Program-made: the position numbers and the translations under genes
Source of the DNA: Ministeria vibrans ATCC 50519
Lineage: Eukaryota; Protista; Filasterea
Assembly (NCBI GenBank): GCA_943704425.1
Contig: CALSCP010001768.1
Location: 21,753-64,615, forward strand
Reading direction: 5' to 3'
Length of the DNA stretch: 42,863 bases
Notes under the pieces: generated by a model
Database searches by the model: none
What the model was told of the DNA's origin: nothing
The model's input: the letters and a program-made list of their open reading frames with translations, nothing else
Shown: one piece after another, positions 30,095 through 39,130 of the stretch
Layout of the letters: each line of letters starts with the position of its first letter
Numbering within the stretch: position 1 is the stretch's first letter

Positions 30095-30169
30095 TTGGTT
30101 GAAAAAAGCCCCAAAAATCAAACCAAGCGAAAAGAATTAGTCAGAAATTATAGAAGAAAAAGATCAAGT

Positions 30170-30213
<44 letters not shown>

Positions 30214-30266
30214 TAATAATAATAATAATAATAATTTTTTTGTTGAATATCTATCAGGAAATTGTA

Positions 30267-33200
30267 TTAAAAGGCATGACGGGTACGCATGTCCTCGAGC
30301 TTCTTGTTGACCTCGGCGGGAGAGCGGTCAAGCTCTTCGGCAATGGAGCGTCGCTTGTGGACATCAAGAGTGCCAAAGAGCTCACAGAGGTCGCCATCAA
30401 TGACTGCCTTGCACGGCTGATACGACGAGCGGTACGCCAGGTGGTCGCGCCCCAGCAACGGTGGCTGCTCCTGCCGCATGTGCATCTCAAGATGCTGGAA
30501 GAACTCAATGTCCTCACGCCTACCAAACAACAGAGCATTGAGAATGAATTGTAATGATTGCTATCGTAGTACGTTCTGAAGGCCATGAGACAGCCAATGG
30601 ACCCGCCCAGAGTGGTGAACACGAGCGTCTCCTCGCCGCTCGGCGACAGACGTGCCTTCTGCAGACTCGTCACCGTGTCTCCCACATAGTACGCACACAG
30701 AAGCTCAGCCTAAAAAAAGAAAAAAAGAAAAAAAAGAAAAAAAAAAGAAATTAACAATAAAAAAAGGTATGCACTCATGGGAGTCTTGTCACCTTTTGAT
30801 CGGCACTGTTGAGAGGATGGCGCTCATAGAGAAGTCGGGAGGCACTAGTGGCAGAGTCATCGCGATCGTCGTTGACGTCGTGGGGCAGACGCAGCACAAA
30901 GACATTGCCAAACTTGTCGCCGGCTGCGACAGTGCTGTAGTCAAGCAGGACGGCGCTAGTGACGTGCCGCGGCAGCGAGTCGTCCGCAAACACGACCAAC
31001 TGGTTGTCGCTGTGTCGGTACCGCACAAAGTGAAACGACTCCTGAAGGTCCCCCACCGTCAGTCGGTTCCCCATTGCCCCAATCCACACAATCTGTGTTG
31101 GAAATCGCTGCAAAGCACAAAGAAGAAGTAGAAAAAGAAGAAAAAAAAGAAAAAGAAAAATAAAGTTGAGGCACACACAGAGATTCCACAGCGTTTACCT
31201 TATTCTCACACTTTCGCAAGAGTTTACTCTGGCCTAAGTCGAAAAGACGAAGAGCGCGACCAACACCGACGGCCAAACGACCCTGAAAGGCACAGAGGGC
31301 GCCCGGAACGCCATCAACGGCTGTTCGGTGTACCAGTCGCAACGACACCCCATCCGCCCCAATCTCAAACGTGTACAGCACACCCTGCGCATCCAATGGC
31401 TAACAACAACAACAACAACAACAACAACAATACATACAACATTCAATATCACTACTCTACCCCTCTTTCCACTTCTGATGAGCTCTACCTTGGATAAGTT
31501 GTGGGAAGGGACAGCGCCCACGACGAGATAAAGAGCGTCGGGATGAGAAGCAAACTCCACGACGGCAATGGAGTAGCCGGCGTGGTTCTCGTCAAGAGGC
31601 ACCGTCAGCAACGACTCGCCGGTCGCGCCGGCACGCACTACACGCACCTGAGCGGCCCATGCACCGGCGGGCGCCTTGGCCGAGCCAAACACCTCCTCGG
31701 GCAGCTGCATCTCTTCGTCGACAACCATTTCGTTCTCGTCCGTCTGCAGTTGCGACTGGGCATTTGCCTTGGCCGCCTCAGAGAAGGCACGGTGATCGCT
31801 CTCGAGCAGGTAGAGGCAATGGGCGGTGGGGTGCACGGCGAGACGACGCGGAGTGCGCGTCACGGGCGTGGTGACGGTGTTGAAAAGCGAGCCGAGCTGG
31901 GGCACAGCAATAATGCGCAATTTGTCGCCGCTAATGGCCACAATGCCTTCGGGACACTGTGCCGAGTGGAAGGCACTAGCGTGCTCAAGTACCTCGTAGT
32001 TGAGCGGACTCATGTGGTAGCGCGCCTCGTAGCTGTAACTCAGCCACGAACGACTGCTCAGTGCCAACACAGCCTGGTTGCCTTGGGCATCCACACGGAA
32101 CATACGCACGGGACGGGCACCCAGGTAGCGCGTGCGCGTGTCTGTCAGCTGGCCCGAAATGCCGTCGAGTGACGAGCGCAGAAGCACGCCGTTGTCCAAA
32201 CCAATGTTGAGGAAGAGCGACGAGCCACCGCCGCCGCGCGTTGCCACGTTCGAACCGGCGCCGCCCATGTTGCCACCCGTCGCAACGGCGCTCTCGTCGC
32301 CCGACATCTCCACAATGCACAGGGACGCTGCTTGTGCCGGCAGCGCTTGCATGCCTACCGGCTGCAGACACGTCGTAGGGTTGAGCGACACAATGCGCAC
32401 CGTGTTGTCCGCACAGCCAATGGCCAGGTAAGAGAAGCGCTGGCGGCCCACAGGCACACTGCCAATGGCCATGCACACTGCTTCGGCAGGCAGGTCGCAG
32501 CGCTCCGTCGACTCGTTCAGCTGGCCACTCATGTCCAACTCAAAGTACACAATCTCACCGCCACCCAGTGCCAGCGCCACCTGACGCTCGTTCACCGCGG
32601 CACACGCAATGGGTCGTTGACTTGGCGTCTTCCACTCGTTGACGCGGCGGTCCGCCTTGACGTGGCGCAGACCACCCGGGTACACCTGCAAGAGATCATC
32701 GTCGCCAATCTGTGCCACGTGGATTGTCGGCGACTGCAGCATGAGGCCGCTGTCGCTGACTTCCTCGACTGTCTCACCAATCGACAGGACCAACGTCGCA
32801 TTGACAAACGACACAACAATGTAGCGATCAAACTCGTCGGCACGCGCGCGCTTCACGCTCCAAATGGCACTGGGGTTGCCCGGGAGTGCACTCACGGCCA
32901 TCTCGGCAACTGCAAGGCCGTGACGCAGAGTGCGCACCGACGAACGTGGACCACGTCCGCAAAGAGAGTACAACTGCATTGAGTCTTCGCCGGCGAGATC
33001 AGCAACGCAACTGTCAAGGATGGGCGCGAGCGACTCGAGTTCGTCGACGAGCATCAGGTTGAGGAGGGGCCGTGGAATGAAGACGGTTGCGTCGAGAAGG
33101 GGTGCCGGAATGTCATCGAGGTCCTCCGAGTCAACGACGGCATTGGCCTTGCTGTTAAATTCGGGCTCGTCGCCGCCATCGCCCAGCTGTGTGATCTGGT

Positions 33201-34644
33201 ACAGGTGGTGGTTGCCAAACTCACTGGCAACAAAGAGGAAACCCGAACGCAGCACACAAATGCCCGCCGCGACCGGCACCGTGTCAAAGTACTTGATGCG
33301 CATCTTCGTAACGGTGTTCTCCTCGGGATCGACGTCGAGCATGACACGGAAGAGGTCACCCGAGTCGGTCTGGACCAGGAAGAAGAACATACTCTTGGTC
33401 TTGTGCGCAGCTGCAGCGACCACCAGCGGAATGCGCGTCGGGTCGGAGATGTCGTTGCGACGACGCGGCAGTGCCACTCGGTGCTCGGTGGTCTCGCCAT
33501 AGCACTTGTAGAGAAGGTAGCCTTCGCAGCAGACAATGACACCGCTGGGTCCGTCGCTGCCACCAGGCACGGCAACGAGCAAGTTGGCAAAATCGCGCAG
33601 GGGCTCGCTTGCCTTGCGCACCACGTGGTTAAGACCAAGGTCCAGCTCGTAGAAGGTGAGCGACTGTCGTGTGGCGGGCGCCGCCTCGCCAGTCGTGTCG
33701 TCGTCGGCGTCCTCATAGTCGAGCTCGAGGCAGGCAAACATGGGGTTCTCAAAGCCCACGTCGACACCGACACAATGGAAAAGAAGCGTGTGCGCCTTGT
33801 GGCCCTCCAGCGGCGAAGAGATGGTGAGGTTGGCGTTGCCGTCGCGATTCATAATGTACACGAGTTTCTGTTTCTCGACGGCTGCGATCATAATGGCACG
33901 TCCCTTGGCATCCGCCGCCACAAACTGTCCCGGGATGCACCGTCGCGCGCCGCTCTTGCCAAACGTCTCCATGTGCACCCGATCAAACGAGCCCTTGGCC
34001 GGCTGAAACTCCAGGATCACAATGCGACCCGAATCAGAGCCGACAACAAGATAGTCTGAGAGCGAGAGAAAAAAAAAAAAAAGCAAAGCAGTGTTGGCGT
34101 TAGCATGTCCAATCTGGGGCGGCGAAGGGGCACACAGGGGCGCGTAGACGGACATGCGTGCATGCAGCAGGAGAGGCGGGTCGATGGGGATGCGGGTGGG
34201 TGGATGAAACGACGAACGGTATTTGACAACGCGACGTTTTTTTTTGAGGCTTTTTTTTTCTCTCCTTTGAAGATGTGAGGCGTACCCTTTTGAGAGCCGG
34301 TCAGACGGAACGCGGTGAGGCTTCGAATCACGCCAAAGACGCGGCCACCCGAGTGTAGAATGGACTTTAACTTGCCAGTGGCGGCATCGACTTTGTACAG
34401 CTCGAGCACGTCGTTGTGGGCGCAGGCGATCTCCTGCTGCTTCGGGAGTCCGCTGAAGGCTCCGTGGCACATGCACTGTATACCTGTGGGCGAGAGGGAG
34501 CGGGGGCAGACGTGGAGAGAGAGAGGGAGAGAGAGGAGGAGGGGAGAGTGTTAGAGAGCATGATTCTTTGTACTGTTGCTTACTTGCACCACGCTGCAGC
34601 GTGACCGCATACAAATGGACACTCGATGGGTCAAGGGTGGCCAT
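30267..34644 (-). CDS. SF3B3: splicing factor 3B subunit 3 (SAP130/Rse1), multi-exon
   Basis: DYLVVGSDSGRIVILE, HMETFGKSGARRCIPGQ, LTISSPLEGHK, YELDLGLNHVVRK, LRHGLAVAEMAVS, DTRTRYLG, LLRKCENK, FQHLEMHMR, VIDGDLCE, KKLEDMRTRHAF. Confidence 0.97.
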
Positions 34645-35308
34645 TATGGGATGGGGGAAGATAAAAAAAGAGTTGTCTTAAGATCACGTCTCAGTTACTC
34701 AGATATTTAAGACAACTCTCCAAGTCTGTTTGCAGTCCTCGTATAACAACCTCAACAACACGTTTTGATAATTATATATATATATTTATTATAAATATAT
34801 ATGTGTGTGTACAGGTGCGACAAACAAAGACGTAGAACCAAAAAACGCACTGCGTGAGGGGCGCGAGTTTGACGGCGCCTCTTCTGCTGTTGGCTGAGAG
34901 AAGAAGAAGAAGAAGAAGAAGGCGAAGTTCACTCACTAGTTCAGAGAAAACGACATCGTCTAAAACACTCGACAGTATGTAGGTGCTGTGCTTTCAGGAG
35001 AGTGTAAAGGAGTGTGTGTGTTTATTACGGAGTAATTGTTGGTTGGCGCAGAATTGTGCGTGCGTGTGAGAGACGCCGAGCCTTTGCGACTGTGTGACTG
35101 CTGCGTCGACTCCCCAAGCAACGTGAGCTCCATTGCCCATTCAACACCTTGCAACGAGCCCACAATACCTGGGAAAGGGATTCAATCAAAATACTGTTGG
35201 ACAATCAAAACGTGATTCCTTGCTCTGCCGTTTTCTCGGTTTTAATAATCCCTTCTTCTATTATATTATTATTATTATTATTATTATTATAATTATTAAA
35301 CCGCGTGT

Positions 35309-38300
35309 TCACTCCAACTCTTCCACAGACTCCCTCTGCGACAAAAGACTCCCCGACGCCTCATCGGACGACGCCATGGTGCGACGCATCTGGCGCATGA
35401 GAGACGTGGCGCCGCCACCTTGTGCAAGCTCCGAGCCACCCAGGCGGGCCTTCTTGCGTTTGGCACGCGAGCGCAGGAACCGCGCGCCGGCCGACGTGAG
35501 CGAGCCACTGCAGCCGCGCAGCACGCCGTACCACTTGTACAGTTCGGCACAGCTCACGTCAAAGAGCGCAAAGATCACGCAGGCAATGAGGGCACTGACA
35601 GGCAGGTGGACCAGCTGTGCGATAGGCACGACCGAGAGAAGCAGCGCGAGCGACAGGAGGGAGACAGTCGCCCACAGGAGAAAACGACGATTCACAGTGA
35701 GGCCATGACGCAGAACAGGAATGCGTTCAGAGCGCAAGTGGAAGCAGAGGAAGACTATGTTCAGTACAAGAGTGCAAAACGTCGCGGCTGTGTCAGCGTC
35801 GTTGGGGGCTAGGGCAGGCACAGCCTTGCGGCTAAGGTGACGGGCCGTCAGCGAAGCGCCGAGAGTCGTCGCAAACACGATGATGGCGTGGACAACGACA
35901 CGGATGGCGAGGTGCGTCGTGAAGATAGTGGGGCCGTCGCGCACGGGCTGTTGCTGACTGCGCTGCTTGTGCTGCTGCTTGAGCTGTTGCAAGTGCGTCA
36001 TTGGAGGCTGCTGCATCACGTCAGCCTCGGGCGGTTCGTGCAGCAGCACAAAAAGCGCTGCTGTGTCGGCACAGAGCAGTACCAGAACCATTTGCACGGG
36101 CGACAGCGACGGCGAACCGTAAAAGGCACTCGACGCAAGGAAGAGCAGCGCCACAGCAAGCTTAACCACCAGTAAAAAAGTGATGGCCTTGCGCAGATTG
36201 GACAACATCACGCGGCCAAGACGAATCGCCTCGATAAACGTTGCAAAATTCGCGTCGTGAACACTCATCGAGGCAGTGTGGAGAGCAACATGGCCCACAG
36301 CTGCATCTTCGTCGCGGCCCATCACCGCTGCAAAGTTCCCTTGCGCCATGGCGGCCACGTCAGCTGGCTGAGCCCCGAGCACGGCCACACACTCACCAGC
36401 GTCTTGCAGCATCGAGACAAGACGGCGGCGTGCGCTCGCGTCCACCCGAGCAAAGGCGGCCGTGTGAAAAAGCAGGTCGGCGGGCGATGTATCGTGATCG
36501 TCGAGCGAGTGTGCCAGACGAAAGGCGCCCCCAAACTCGTCGTCTTCGTCGCTCAGTCGTGCCATGGTGCCCACTGCAATGGATGTATCCAAACTGTCGC
36601 CCGTTGCCATGATGACACGGATGCCCGCATTGCGACACGTCTGTACTGCTTCACCCACGCCCCCTCGTAGTGGATCCTCAAACGCCGCAAAGCCCGCCAG
36701 CTCAAACTGTCGCTCGTCGACGCCCCACTCGTCGAAGGCAAGCTGGATGCGCTCGAGCAGTGTCGATGGATCTGCAGTGCTCGACATGTCAGCAAGTGGA
36801 TCGCGACGGAGCGCAGCAAAGGCAATCACACGACGGCCTGAACGAGCGTACTCGCTAAACGACGCTTCGAGACGCGCCACTGTGGCATCGTCCAAAGGTG
36901 CACCGCTGCCATTGCCACTGGGAGTGCCATGGTGGTGGTGGCAGGGGGAGCGCATGCTGGTGGAACACACGCGTAGAATGGTCTCGGGTGCACCGCGACA
37001 GATGAGGATAGCTCGGTCGCCAGTGGAGCGGTCGCCGGTGAGCAGAACACGCTGCACAACAACCTTGCGGGCGTCATCAAAGGGTAGCTGCTGCGTGAGG
37101 CGAGGCCGCAGCGGGGCAATGGCGTGTGCAGAGAGACAGAGCGGGCGGCTCCACGGGTGGCCGGGCCCCACGTCGGTGAGAGTGGTGTCAAACAAATTGT
37201 CGGCGTGTCGTAGAGCAGCCATGAGCCGCATTGCGCCAACACCGTGTGGGTCTTGCTCGAGGGTGTCGTTGACGGAGGCTGTCGATTGCTGACTGTCGTT
37301 TGCACTTGGGCGCAGTTGGTGGTCTGCGCCAAAGCTGAGAAGCCAAGTGGAGAAGAGAGTCTCGAGACTCGACGAACTAGTACTAGTCGAGGAGGAGGAA
37401 GCGGTGCTTGCGTGGCCTGTGCCGTCGATGGCGCCCACCAGGCGCAATTGGTTGCGAGAGAGCGTGCCGTTCTTGTTGGTGACAATGGTGGTAATGCTGC
37501 CGACGAGTTCGGTTGCGTGGTGGTACAGAGAAAAGTCAGTGCACAGGCTGAGGGAGCAAAAGGAGACAGAGAGTGCAAGGGCCAAGGGAAACAAATGAGC
37601 AATGGTTGCGGCGACAAGCGACAAGGTGGTGGGCACAAGCTCACGGCCGTCGCGAAGGCCACGAGCAAGGAGCACGAGAGGCGTGACCGTGGCGACAATG
37701 AGACCAACGGCAGTGACGTAGACAGTGGCGCGGTGGACGGTGTTGTAAAGCAGGGCCGAGGGGCCCTCGGAGGTGGTGCGCGTCGACGATGAGAGCGCGT
37801 ACCGTGCAAGGCCTGTCAAGACGCTTTGGTTGCGATGGGGTTGCTGTTGCTGTTGTACATTATGATTGCTGGCGGAGGAGGAGAAGGAGACGTGGTTCTT
37901 CGGAAAGGACCAGCTGCGGCCGACCATGCGACTGGCATACGTGGTATGTGTGCCCGTAGCTGTGACCACTGCTTCGCCGGTGCCGCTGGTGACGACCGAG
38001 CCGGCGTAGACCATGACGAATTCCTTGAGGAGTTGCTCAACTGGTCCGCCGCGGGTGGCTGTCGACAGAGGGGGAGGGGAGCCGGTGGAGTCCTGGCGGC
38101 TTGGGAGCGGAGGCGAGCCCATTGAGACACTCGTAGAGCGCGACATGATAGGCGACGAGTTTGGTCCGGCGGCAGCGACTGCAAGTGCGGTGCGCACCGA
38201 CGTCTGCTCTGCTTCAGACGGTTCGCTGGGCTCCGTCGTAGTCGCCGCCGAGTTGGCGCGACGTGACTGTCGTACGCGCGCACACATTCCCAGGTTTGCC

Positions 38301-39031
38301 GAGGCGTCCTTGAGCACCGCCTTGAGATGTCTTCTTCGCGGTGTCTTTGACGAGGAGGTGGTGGACGCGGAGGCGAGAGGGGATTCGTCGACAATGAGAG
38401 AGCGGGAGGAGACGAGACGCGCATCGACAGGAACAATGTCGCCGGGACGCAGGACAATGACGTCGCCGAGAGCAAGCGAGTCGGCGGTGACACGGTAGAA
38501 CGAAGCGCCTGGTCGACGCACCGTGATGCAGGTGGGATAGCTTGTGTTGGCAAGGAGGCTTTGTTGACGCCAGGCAAGAAGGAGCGGGACCACCGTTGTG
38601 GCGGCGACCAGCAGACACACTGCGGCGGTCGTCGCCGTCTCCAGCGAGTTGTACCACACTGCCGTGGTGACCATGAGCGCCATGAGGAGTCCGAGAACGG
38701 TGGCGTGCGCATCGAGCGAGGCAAGGGGGGTTGAGGGTGCCGGGGCGCCTTTGCGAATGTCAAAGGCGGCGCGCTGTTCGCCCACAAGCGCAACGCGCTC
38801 GCGTGATGCAATGGCCGACAGCCCCGAGGGCGACACACCGTCTCCGGCCAACGAGCCAAGCGCACGGAGGCTAGCGGCGGCCGTAGAGCGCCACGGCGTC
38901 GACGCTGCCTCCAACAGTTCCTGTCTTAGCGCCTCTCGATTCTGTTGCTTGGGACGCCGCTGCGACAATAGCGCCTCAACGTCGTCGTCGTCATCTTCAT
39001 CAAACGCCCCTTCAAGAATTCGTGACGACAT
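35309..39031 (-). CDS. P-type ATPase homolog (P2-like), single exon, catalytic motifs degenerate
   Basis: A domain LALGDVIVLRPGDIVPVDARL..VDES; YAGSVVTSGTGEAVVTATG; N domain LPFDDARK, RGAPE; P domain FEDPLR, GIRVIMATGD, FARV, DANFATF..GR; about 10 hydrophobic segments. First ATG at 39031. Confidence 0.88.
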   Translation of the reverse strand: MSSRILEGAFDEDDDDDVEALLSQRRPKQQNREALRQELLEAASTPWRSTAAASLRALGSLAGDGVSPSGLSAIASRERVALVGEQRAAFDIRKGAPAPSTPLASLDAHATVLGLLMALMVTTAVWYNSLETATTAAVCLLVAATTVVPLLLAWRQQSLLANTSYPTCITVRRPGASFYRVTADSLALGDVIVLRPGDIVPVDARLVSSRSLIVDESPLASASTTSSSKTPRRRHLKAVLKDASANLGMCARVRQSRRANSAATTTEPSEPSEAEQTSVRTALAVAAAGPNSSPIMSRSTSVSMGSPPLPSRQDSTGSPPPLSTATRGGPVEQLLKEFVMVYAGSVVTSGTGEAVVTATGTHTTYASRMVGRSWSFPKNHVSFSSSASNHNVQQQQQPHRNQSVLTGLARYALSSSTRTTSEGPSALLYNTVHRATVYVTAVGLIVATVTPLVLLARGLRDGRELVPTTLSLVAATIAHLFPLALALSVSFCSLSLCTDFSLYHHATELVGSITTIVTNKNGTLSRNQLRLVGAIDGTGHASTASSSSTSTSSSSLETLFSTWLLSFGADHQLRPSANDSQQSTASVNDTLEQDPHGVGAMRLMAALRHADNLFDTTLTDVGPGHPWSRPLCLSAHAIAPLRPRLTQQLPFDDARKVVVQRVLLTGDRSTGDRAILICRGAPETILRVCSTSMRSPCHHHHGTPSGNGSGAPLDDATVARLEASFSEYARSGRRVIAFAALRRDPLADMSSTADPSTLLERIQLAFDEWGVDERQFELAGFAAFEDPLRGGVGEAVQTCRNAGIRVIMATGDSLDTSIAVGTMARLSDEDDEFGGAFRLAHSLDDHDTSPADLLFHTAAFARVDASARRRLVSMLQDAGECVAVLGAQPADVAAMAQGNFAAVMGRDEDAAVGHVALHTASMSVHDANFATFIEAIRLGRVMLSNLRKAITFLLVVKLAVALLFLASSAFYGSPSLSPVQMVLVLLCADTAALFVLLHEPPEADVMQQPPMTHLQQLKQQHKQRSQQQPVRDGPTIFTTHLAIRVVVHAIIVFATTLGASLTARHLSRKAVPALAPNDADTAATFCTLVLNIVFLCFHLRSERIPVLRHGLTVNRRFLLWATVSLLSLALLLSVVPIAQLVHLPVSALIACVIFALFDVSCAELYKWYGVLRGCSGSLTSAGARFLRSRAKRKKARLGGSELAQGGGATSLMRQMRRTMASSDEASGSLLSQRESVEELE

Positions 39032-39130
39032 TGGTTTTTTTTTGTGGAAAAAAGTTTGGATTTCCGATTTGGAATTCTCGATCATCAGTCATTCTTTGAT
39101 TTCGTTCAAAAAAGTCTTTCCCTCCAAAAA

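Noticed and set aside
31501-34059. Long antisense ORFs over SF3B3 (similarly over MAP3K4, SCYL1 and the ATPase)
   Set aside because: Expected shadows of GC-rich codon usage; no recognisable domains.
34058-34583. Odd N-terminal insert in the 1136-aa SF3B3 ORF
   Set aside because: The ORF reads through two introns; the true exon 2 (CMCHGAFSGLPKQQEI...) is in another frame.
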